The notes under the pieces are model-generated. The model searched no databases. It was not told where the DNA came from and worked only from the letters and a program-made list of their open reading frames with translations. 24,254 bases of DNA from Oligoflexia bacterium. Lineage in GTDB: Bacteria; Bdellovibrionota; UBA1018; CAIMNF01. Each line of letters opens with the position of its first letter. Within the stretch, counting starts at the first letter, position 1. Both the position numbers and the translations under genes were made by a program. This document shows positions 17,471-24,254 of this stretch, piece after piece. The stretch lies in assembly GCA_903845155.1 (NCBI GenBank), contig CAIMWN010000105.1, forward strand, positions 1 through 24,254, read 5' to 3'.

Positions 17471-18583
17471 ATGAGATTTATAGACGAAGCAAAGATTAAG
17501 ATCATCGCAGGCCACGGCGGAAGTGGCTGTGTGAGTTTTCGTCGCGAAAAAAGTATACCTCGCGGTGGTCCAGATGGTGGCGATGGCGGACGCGGCGGCG
17601 ATGTTACTTTCGTAGCGACTAGCCAATTAGGCACCTTACAAGATTTACGGTTTAAAAGAATTTATGAAGCCACTCGTGGCGACGGTGGATCAGGCAAAAA
17701 CAAAACGGGTCACGACGGGAAAAGCATCATCATTCGCGTTCCAGTAGGGACCATGATCAAGAATCAGGATACTGACGAAATCCTTTTTGATTTCACTGAG
17801 GATAAACAAGAATGGCTTGCGGCTCGCGGTGGCCGTGGTGGTAAGGGCAATACGCACTTTGCAACATCTACACATCAAACTCCTCGCTATGCACAACCCG
17901 GCGAAGAGGGTCAGCAAAAGGACCTCAAGTTAGAGCTAAAACTCCTCGCCGATGCGAGCTTGATTGGTTATCCGAATGCCGGCAAATCAACTCTCATTTC
18001 ACGCATGAGTGCTGCTCATCCTAAAATTGCGGATTATCCCTTCACCACCCTCACCCCTAACCTTGGGGTGGTAAAAGTGGCTGATTTTAAGAGTTTTGTA
18101 GTCGCCGATATTCCAGGGCTCATTGAAGGTGCACATCAGGGCTTAGGCTTAGGCCATAAGTTTCTGAAACACATCGAACGCACGAAAATTACCGTGCATT
18201 TACTCGATGGCACTCATCTTCTTGATTTTAGCACTATGCCGGATGATGAACCCGATGCAAGTGTGAAAAAAGGCGCGAAAGAACTAATGCGACTTTATCT
18301 TGCTATTCGTAAGGAGCTCGAACTCTTTAACCCTGAACTTGCTGACAAAGACGAAGTGATCGTCATCAATAAAGCCGATCTTTTTCAAGGTCAGCCACAA
18401 TACTTAAATGAAGTCCGTGTCGCTTTTAGAAAATTACTTGAAAAAGGCTCGAAAAAAATTTCTCGTAAACTTCTTCCCAAAGAACCCTATGCGATTTCTT
18501 GCGCATCAGGTGAAGGGATTCACGATTTAATTCATGTCCTTTGGGAAAGGCTTGCCCCACCTGATGAATCTTCAATTTCATGA
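17471..18583 (+). CDS. obgE: Obg-family GTPase
   Basis: N-terminal Gly-rich Obg fold (GHGGSGCVSFRREKSIPRGGPDGGDGGRGGDV). G domain: LIGYPNAGKSTLIS, FTTLTPNLGVV, DIPGLIEGAHQGLGLGHKFLKHIERT, NKADL. Confidence 0.97.
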   Translation: MRFIDEAKIKIIAGHGGSGCVSFRREKSIPRGGPDGGDGGRGGDVTFVATSQLGTLQDLRFKRIYEATRGDGGSGKNKTGHDGKSIIIRVPVGTMIKNQDTDEILFDFTEDKQEWLAARGGRGGKGNTHFATSTHQTPRYAQPGEEGQQKDLKLELKLLADASLIGYPNAGKSTLISRMSAAHPKIADYPFTTLTPNLGVVKVADFKSFVVADIPGLIEGAHQGLGLGHKFLKHIERTKITVHLLDGTHLLDFSTMPDDEPDASVKKGAKELMRLYLAIRKELELFNPELADKDEVIVINKADLFQGQPQYLNEVRVAFRKLLEKGSKKISRKLLPKEPYAISCASGEGIHDLIHVLWERLAPPDESSIS

Positions 18584-19265
18584 GCATACCGCAATTTTTG
18601 GCGGAAGCTTCGACCCTCCCCATCTTGGGCATATTGAAGCAGTAAAAGACTTATTCAAAACCTTGGGTTTAGTCAGAACATTGATTTTACCTTCATTTGG
18701 AACCCCTCTTAAAAATACGAATACCTCGTTTGATGATCGACTTGAAATGACGAAAATTGCCTTTCAAAATATCGCTAATACCACAGTGAGCGATCTCGAA
18801 AAAACAGAAAATCTTCAGTATAGCTATCAAGTCCTCGAGAGACTATCCCCGCAAATTAAAAACTTAGTTTTTGTGATTGGGACCGACCAATTTGAGAAAT
18901 TAAGCCAATGGGCGCACTATCCCGAACTCATGACTTTATGCGACTGGGTTGTATTGAAAAGAAAGCCATCCGACACGGTGGCACTTTCTGATCAAAATAA
19001 GCCACTCAAAAAAGCCATTTCAGAATACGTGAGTCAAGGCTGGCTGCTTCCTACCGGGACGGAATTCCAATTTAAAATCAAGCAACTGGCGACTTCGCCC
19101 TCTAAAAAAGAACGTACGCTTTGTTTGATCGAAACTAAGGCGCAGCCAATTTCATCCACCCTGGTCAGGCAAAAATTAGCACTCGGTGACCTTGTAAAGG
19201 TAAAAGAACTTGTTGCCGCCCCAGTCCTTGAGTATGTTGAAAGGAAGAAACTTTATGGCACCTGA
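18564..19265 (+). CDS. nadD: Nicotinate-nucleotide adenylyltransferase
   Basis: TAIFGGSFDPPHLGHIEAVKDLFK, VIGTDQFEKLSQW, ISSTLVRQKLALGD. The ATG at 18564 overlaps the obgE end by 20 nt. Confidence 0.93.
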   Translation: MNLQFHEHTAIFGGSFDPPHLGHIEAVKDLFKTLGLVRTLILPSFGTPLKNTNTSFDDRLEMTKIAFQNIANTTVSDLEKTENLQYSYQVLERLSPQIKNLVFVIGTDQFEKLSQWAHYPELMTLCDWVVLKRKPSDTVALSDQNKPLKKAISEYVSQGWLLPTGTEFQFKIKQLATSPSKKERTLCLIETKAQPISSTLVRQKLALGDLVKVKELVAAPVLEYVERKKLYGT

Positions 19266-19662
19266 ACAAACAACCGTTATTGAAGTCGATGAAATCTCCC
19301 TCGCTAAAGCATTTATTAGCGTGCAAGCTGCTGCGAATAAAAAAGCAGAATATATCAAGCTCTTAGACCTGAGAAACCTATCCTCGTTTACCGATTATTT
19401 CCTGATTTGCACTGGTTATTCCAATCGACAAGTGCAAGCCATTGCAGATTCTATCTCGATCGAACTCAAAGAAGAGGGCTTTGCACCCGTAAGTGTTGAG
19501 GGCTATTCCGAAGGGCGCTGGGTAGTGGTTGATTTTGGTGATGTCGTCGTTCATGTATTCCAGGATGCCCTTCGCGATTACTATGACCTTGAACACCTCT
19601 GGTTTGATGCAAAAAAAGTTCCAATTCCACAAGAACTTTATATTACCTCTATCCAACATTAA
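19255..19662 (+). CDS. rsfS: Ribosomal silencing factor RsfS (RsfA/Iojap family)
   Basis: KAEYIKLLDLRNLSSFTDYFLICTGYSNRQVQAIADSI, EGRWVVVDFGDVVVHVFQDALRDYYDLEHLWFDA. Confidence 0.95.
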   Translation: MAPEQTTVIEVDEISLAKAFISVQAAANKKAEYIKLLDLRNLSSFTDYFLICTGYSNRQVQAIADSISIELKEEGFAPVSVEGYSEGRWVVVDFGDVVVHVFQDALRDYYDLEHLWFDAKKVPIPQELYITSIQH

Positions 19663-19685
19663 TCGACTCCTTTAGCCTAAAGGCT

Positions 19686-21839
19686 ATGGATCATCCACAA
19701 TTTAAACCCTTTATTGCAGCCTCAGAAAAATTAAAAGAGTTTTCATTTGGCCCCATCTTAATGGGCATCATTTTGGGAATTATTTTCGGAGCTTCATCTT
19801 TGTATCTGGCATTAAAAATTGGAATGACGGTTTCGGCATCCATACCAGTGGCCGTCCTTTCCATCACTCTTTTTAAAGGCTTGTCCAAAGTACTTGGAAT
19901 CAGACCCGCAACCATTCTTGAAAACAATATGGTTCAAACCACAGGATCTGCCGGTGAATCAATCGCATTCGGAGTGGCGGTCACCATGCCAGCGCTTTTA
20001 ATTTTAGGATATGACCTAGACTTAAGTCGAATCATGACTGTAGCCATATTGGGCGGCTTGATTGGTGTGCTCATGATGATTCCACTTCGACATGCCCTTA
20101 TCGTAAAAGAACATGGGCACCTTATTTATCCTGAAGGCACCGCCTGTGCAGAAGTTCTGATCGTGGGAGAAAAAGGCGGTTCATCGGGTAAAATTGTTTT
20201 TGGCGGTTTCTTCCTCGGTTTGATTTATAAATTTCTCAATGTGGGCATGCGCTTATGGAAGGACACTCCCGAGAAAGTATTTTCATATTTTAAAGGTGCT
20301 GCGATCTCGGCTGAAATCTCACCTGAACTACTCGGGGTGGGCTATATCATCGGCGTGCGCACTTCTTCCATTATGATGGCAGGCGGTGTGCTTTCCAGTT
20401 TTGTACTCATTCCGATGATTGTTCTTTTTGGGAGTAATTTAACTGCGCCTCTTTTCCCTGCGACCATTCTCATTAAAGATATGTCTATTCATGACATCTG
20501 GAGAAACTATGTTTTGTACATCGGAGCAGGTGCCGTTGCCGCCGGCGGAATTATTTCACTCGTCCAAAGCATCCCCACTATCTTTCAAGGAGCTAAAGCA
20601 GGACTACGTGGGATTTTAGGTGGTCGAAAAGTGGTAGCGATGAAAACTCGCACCGAAGATGACCTCCATCCTTCTTTTGTTATTTTTGGCACCTTGGTGA
20701 TGGTTGTTGCACTCTGGTTTGCTCCCGCTCTTCAAATTAATTTACTCTCGGCTGTTATGATTATTCTATTTGGTTTCCTTTTTGTGACCGTGAGTTCTCG
20801 CTTAACCGGCGAAATTGGTTCGTCCTCCAATCCAATTTCTGGTATGACGGTCGCTACCTTGTTGTTTACCTGTTTGATTTTTCTGGCAGTGGGATGGATC
20901 GGCCCCGAATACCGCGTGAGCGCACTCAGTATCGCAGCAGTAGTGTGTATTGCCGCTTCAAACGCAGGAGCTACTTCCCAAGATTTAAAGACTGGCTTTA
21001 TTTTAGGTGCGACTCCAAAATACCAGCAAATAGGCCTTTTAATCGGAGCTTTTACGAGCGCAATTGTGATCGGGTTTTCGCTTCAACTTCTCAATAATGC
21101 GTCTACCGTTTATAGCAAGAAAGTGCCCGCATTTACGGTGAGTAACTTCAGCCAACTGAAGGAAAAACAGCACGTCATGGGCCCCGAAAAAACCAAAGAC
21201 AATCAAGAGTATTTTGTCTACCAAGTAACGGAACAATCTGAACCTTCGGTTTTAAGTACACTTTCACCGGGAAAATATTTAGTGAATGACCAAGGTTTGG
21301 TTACCTATTTAGTGGATCCAGGAATCAATGGCCGTTTAAATAAACGGGATGATGGCACGAGCGTCACTAAGTACGAAGCACCTAAAGCGAGACTCATGTC
21401 ACTGATTATTGATGGGATTCTCACTCAAAAACTGCCCTGGGGTTTAGTACTCCTTGGAGTAGCGATTGCACTAGTACTTGAATTATGTGGAATTTCTGCG
21501 CTCCCTTTTGCGGTGGGCGTGTATCTTCCGATCTCGGCATCGGCTCCCATTTTCGTTGGCGGATTAGTCAGATGGCTCGTGGAGCGAAAACAGATAAAAA
21601 CGAGCAGCCTTGAAGCTGAATCAGGATCTGGAGTATTATTTTCCTCCGGCTTAATTGCAGGCGGTGCCATTTGCGGTATTTTGCTTGCACTCACGCAAGT
21701 CATGGACGGCTTTTCTGACCGCATTGATTATTCAAAAATAATGGGCACGCTCGCCGATTCCGATTTATTTGCACTGAGTGCGTTTATCTTGGTTTCGTTT
21801 GCACTTTATCGCATGGCTAAGAAACCGGCGGCTTCATGA
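19686..21839 (+). CDS. Oligopeptide transporter, OPT family
   Basis: 717 aa, many TM segments. Typical OPT features: GASSLYLALKIGMTVSASIPVAVLSI, NMVQTTGSAGESIAFGVAVTMPAL, YPEGTACAEVLIVGEKG, GEIGSSSNPISGMTVATLL, GATSQDLKTGFILGATP. Confidence 0.92.
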   Translation: MDHPQFKPFIAASEKLKEFSFGPILMGIILGIIFGASSLYLALKIGMTVSASIPVAVLSITLFKGLSKVLGIRPATILENNMVQTTGSAGESIAFGVAVTMPALLILGYDLDLSRIMTVAILGGLIGVLMMIPLRHALIVKEHGHLIYPEGTACAEVLIVGEKGGSSGKIVFGGFFLGLIYKFLNVGMRLWKDTPEKVFSYFKGAAISAEISPELLGVGYIIGVRTSSIMMAGGVLSSFVLIPMIVLFGSNLTAPLFPATILIKDMSIHDIWRNYVLYIGAGAVAAGGIISLVQSIPTIFQGAKAGLRGILGGRKVVAMKTRTEDDLHPSFVIFGTLVMVVALWFAPALQINLLSAVMIILFGFLFVTVSSRLTGEIGSSSNPISGMTVATLLFTCLIFLAVGWIGPEYRVSALSIAAVVCIAASNAGATSQDLKTGFILGATPKYQQIGLLIGAFTSAIVIGFSLQLLNNASTVYSKKVPAFTVSNFSQLKEKQHVMGPEKTKDNQEYFVYQVTEQSEPSVLSTLSPGKYLVNDQGLVTYLVDPGINGRLNKRDDGTSVTKYEAPKARLMSLIIDGILTQKLPWGLVLLGVAIALVLELCGISALPFAVGVYLPISASAPIFVGGLVRWLVERKQIKTSSLEAESGSGVLFSSGLIAGGAICGILLALTQVMDGFSDRIDYSKIMGTLADSDLFALSAFILVSFALYRMAKKPAAS

Positions 21840-21874
21840 AATACAATGCAATTCTCAACACTACGCTCGGGCTT

Positions 21875-21927
21875 GAGCCGATGCGTGAGTTTGCGCAGCA
21901 ATGCCGGAGCACGATACGTAGGCAAAT
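21875..21927 (+). repeat. Copy B of the 53-bp dispersed imperfect repeat
   Basis: GAGCCGATGCGTGAGTTTGCGCAGCAATGCCGGAGCACGATACGTAGGCAAAT matches copy A at 17352..17404. Confidence 0.75.
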
Positions 21928-21939
21928 GTCGGAGAACTT

Positions 21940-22452
21940 TTGAAGAAGGTAACGCTGATTTGTTTTGGTAAATTGAAATCACCAGGGCTAGATGAAGCCG
22001 TCGCGGAATTTACCAAACGATTGTCACGCTATACTGACTTTAAGGTAATGGAATTGAAACCTATTAAGGTGACCGAGAAATCAGACTCGCTTCGCAGCTC
22101 CATTCCTGAAAAAGAAGGAGAGGCAATCCTTGAACTCATGGAAAGCCCTTCCTTTAAAACGCAAGCAGGGCGTGCACCCCAAGTTTGGTGTTTGGATGAA
22201 ACCGGCAAGTCCATGAAAACGACCGAATGGGCCGATTCCCTTCGCACTCTCTCTGATAGGGGGTCAGGCGAACTCGTACTCATCATCGGGGGGAGTTTGG
22301 GTTTGGGAGAAAATATTTTGAAGGCATCTCATAAAAAAGTTTGCTTTGGCCCGCAAACATTGTCGCATGAATTGGCGAGATTGATTTTAGTAGAGCAACT
22401 CTATCGGGCTTTATCTTTTTTAGCGGGACATCCCTATCACAACGAAGGGTAG
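21940..22452 (+). CDS. rlmH: 23S rRNA (pseudouridine(1915)-N(3))-methyltransferase
   Basis: VWCLDETGKSMKTTEWADSL, LVLIIGGSLGLGENILKASHKKVCFGPQTLSHELARLILVEQLYRALSFLAGHPYHNEG. TTG start with GGAG 5 nt upstream and an in-frame TAG further upstream. Confidence 0.95.
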   Translation: MKKVTLICFGKLKSPGLDEAVAEFTKRLSRYTDFKVMELKPIKVTEKSDSLRSSIPEKEGEAILELMESPSFKTQAGRAPQVWCLDETGKSMKTTEWADSLRTLSDRGSGELVLIIGGSLGLGENILKASHKKVCFGPQTLSHELARLILVEQLYRALSFLAGHPYHNEG

Positions 22453-22488
22453 AAAAGGGTTGGCGGGGTAATTGCACAGTATAGGTGC

Positions 22489-23241
22489 ATGAAATCCATC
22501 TTTGCTTTTTTTCCTGCACCTTTTTTATGCCAAGGGTGCATCCTTCCTTCTTGGAATGCGATCTGCTCTCAGTGCCTACGCTCCATTCAAGTTAACCATG
22601 AACTCATTCCAGCACCTACCTCTACGCTCGTTGCCCTCGCACCACTTCTCTACGCACATCAAAGTACTTACACCCTCATTCGCGTGTGGAAAGAACAACG
22701 GGGAAGTATACTACGCCAACATCTTTTTAAGATTTCGCCCGAATTGAGGAGGGCACTCCTTCAAATCGAATTTGATTTCATAGTAACCATACCGCAATCT
22801 AAGAAACGATCTTGGAAGCGCGAACAGCGCACAGCAGAGGAAGTGGCTAAATTCTGCTCGACCGAACTTAATTTACCCCTTCTCCAATTGCTAGACCTGC
22901 ATCAAGAAACCACTCCGCGTGTGGCAACCATGAGTGCATGGGAACGAACATACTCGCCCAATCCGTTCAAAATTAATGAGCAGCTATTTCAGGATGACAT
23001 AAAGATCGTTGAAAAACTTGAGGCGCTCGTGATGCACGGAAATGAAATTAAAATACTTTTGGCGGACGATTTAATCACGAGTGGAAGTACGCTTTGCAAA
23101 GCCGCAGAAATGATTCATGGCCTTTTGCCACGCGCTAAAATCTACGGCGCAAGTCTGGGTTTCAGGCCTAGCCATCGCATTAAACCAAGTGAACAATCAT
23201 TGGATTTTCAGCATGGAGCGCACTCAAGAATGATGACCTAA
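22489..23241 (+). CDS. comF: ComF family protein (zinc-ribbon + phosphoribosyltransferase)
   Basis: N-terminal CQGCILPSWNAICSQCLRSI zinc-ribbon-like cysteines. C-terminal PRPP-binding motif ILLADDLITSGSTLCKAAEMI. Confidence 0.85.
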   Translation: MKSIFAFFPAPFLCQGCILPSWNAICSQCLRSIQVNHELIPAPTSTLVALAPLLYAHQSTYTLIRVWKEQRGSILRQHLFKISPELRRALLQIEFDFIVTIPQSKKRSWKREQRTAEEVAKFCSTELNLPLLQLLDLHQETTPRVATMSAWERTYSPNPFKINEQLFQDDIKIVEKLEALVMHGNEIKILLADDLITSGSTLCKAAEMIHGLLPRAKIYGASLGFRPSHRIKPSEQSLDFQHGAHSRMMT

Positions 23242-23326
23242 ATCATGGCTGCGGATACAGCTTCAGAATGGCCGACTACAAAAGTGCTGGCGGCGCTGGG
23301 AACTCAGTAAAGCCACAAAATACGAA

Positions 23327-23354
23327 TTGTGCCTTTTTACAATTAAGCTACAAT
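23327..23354 (+). promoter_or_regulatory. Predicted sigma70-type promoter for the terminal lipoprotein gene
   Basis: TTGTGC (23327-23332), 16 bp spacer, TACAAT (23349-23354). The ATG at 23361 may leave a very short leader; ATGs at 23379 and 23394 are alternatives. Confidence 0.35.
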
Positions 23355-23360
23355 AAAGGC

Positions 23361-24254
23361 ATGTTAACCTTTCATGCTATGGGCTTAAAGAAAATGAGCT
23401 TTTTTACCTTGTCCTTCGCCAGCGCAATTTCCCTTTTTGCGTGCTCAACTCTCACCTTAGACCCGCCTTCAAACCAGCCTAGCCCTATCATTAACGGTGC
23501 GCCCGACGCAATTTCAGATAAGAATTGGATGGAGCATTACCAATCAGCTCTTCACCAATCTGAAAAACCTGAATTTCAATTTCTAAAGGATTTGGGTGAA
23601 GGCCCGAACCACTACCGTTTGATTGTTCATAATAAAAGATTGGCGCCCTTCTTAAGTTGGCAGTACACAAAGGAACAGTTCACTACCTTAGAAAAAGAGC
23701 TCGCGCCCAGTCTTGAATTTTCACTTGATTCGCGTGGTCTGGCTCGCGCTGCTGAGCGAGTAAGTGAGCAGGCAATCGATGAGACCCACTATGATGCTGT
23801 TTGGGTGAGGGATAGTTTATGGGTTTACTTAGGACTAAAAGCCACACTCAGCTTTGATGATAAAGGGCAGAACGAGAAAAATGCCAAACAACTCTTACTG
23901 ACCCTCTCTCAATATTTCGCTAGCCCTGATCAACTAAAGCGTTTCAAAGCAGCCATTCAAAATCCAGATTTGGTTCGTGGTGACGGCGATCGCATGAATG
24001 CCGTGCACATTCGTTTTGATCGCAGCTCTCCCACTTTTCAAGATGTGCAAGAGAAAGGGAAAGCGCAAACCTGGAATCATAAACAAAATGATGCGCTTGG
24101 ATTATTTTTGGACCTCTTTTGTAGGGCACTGTTAAAGGGGGAAATTAAAGAAAGTGAATTGACTGAATCACAAATTGAAGCCTTCCAACTCTTTCCTCGT
24201 TATTTCGCAGCAATTCGCTTTTATGATATGGCCGATGCAGGAAGCTGGGAAGAA
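23361..24254 (+). CDS. Lipoprotein with GH15 / phosphorylase-kinase-alpha-like (glucoamylase-like) motifs; 3' end beyond the window
   Basis: Not in the supplied ORF track because it has no stop inside the window. Manual translation gives an open frame of 298 codons: MLTFHAMGLKKMSFFTLSFASAISLFACSTLTL... (lipobox LFAC), ...ETHYDAVWVRDSLWVYLGLK..., VRGDGDRMNAVHIRFD, QTWNHKQNDALGLFLDLFC. The WVRDS and QxDALG patterns are typical of GH15-like (alpha/alpha)6 enzymes. Confidence 0.75.
   Translation, partial: MLTFHAMGLKKMSFFTLSFASAISLFACSTLTLDPPSNQPSPIINGAPDAISDKNWMEHYQSALHQSEKPEFQFLKDLGEGPNHYRLIVHNKRLAPFLSWQYTKEQFTTLEKELAPSLEFSLDSRGLARAAERVSEQAIDETHYDAVWVRDSLWVYLGLKATLSFDDKGQNEKNAKQLLLTLSQYFASPDQLKRFKAAIQNPDLVRGDGDRMNAVHIRFDRSSPTFQDVQEKGKAQTWNHKQNDALGLFLDLFCRALLKGEIKESELTESQIEAFQLFPRYFAAIRFYDMADAGSWEE

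Noticed and set aside
18426-18632. 68-aa minus-strand ORF spanning the obgE/nadD junction.
   Set aside because: Fully antisense to two well-supported overlapping housekeeping genes.
22502-22747. 81-aa + frame ORF overlapping the start of comF in another frame.
   Set aside because: The overlapping frame encodes a zinc-ribbon plus PRTase ComF protein. The alternate frame has no motif support.
1-24254. CRISPR arrays, tRNA/rRNA genes, transposases, integrases and phage genes.
   Set aside because: None seen on either strand. No regularly spaced direct repeats, no recognisable tRNA ends, and no ORF with mobile-element motifs.

Overview
This 24.25 kb window reads as an ordinary, densely packed bacterial chromosome segment. 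From left to right it contains:
- a class-IV aminotransferase (+);
- a minus-strand block of exported or envelope proteins (lipoprotein, phospholipase-D-like protein, signal-peptide-bearing methyltransferase-like protein) and a SuhB-type inositol monophosphatase;
- a membrane-anchored coiled-coil protein (+) convergent with a lipoprotein (-);
- KdsD/KpsF sugar-phosphate isomerase, a DsbA-like lipoprotein, MurF and Sua5/TsaC (+);
- a probable minus-strand operon of hppA (ion-pumping pyrophosphatase) and an inward-rectifier K+ channel;
- the ribosome/GTPase block rplU-rpmA // obgE-nadD-rsfS-[OPT transporter]-rlmH-comF (+);
- a truncated lipoprotein with GH15/phosphorylase-kinase-like motifs running off the right edge. 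This ORF is missing from the supplied track.

I found no CRISPR array, transposase, phage module, rRNA or tRNA, and no convincing undescribed defence or biosynthetic system. The observations most worth following up are:
(1) a 53-bp dispersed imperfect repeat (44/53 identical by eye) just upstream of obgE and again just upstream of rlmH;
(2) coupling of a pyrophosphatase carrying the K+-dependence signature with a Kir-type K+ channel;
(3) an OPT transporter interrupting rsfS-rlmH;
(4) an rplU product with a histone-H1-like Lys/Ala tail;
(5) a methyltransferase-like protein with an apparent signal peptide.

All identities come from reading motifs by eye. No database search was run.
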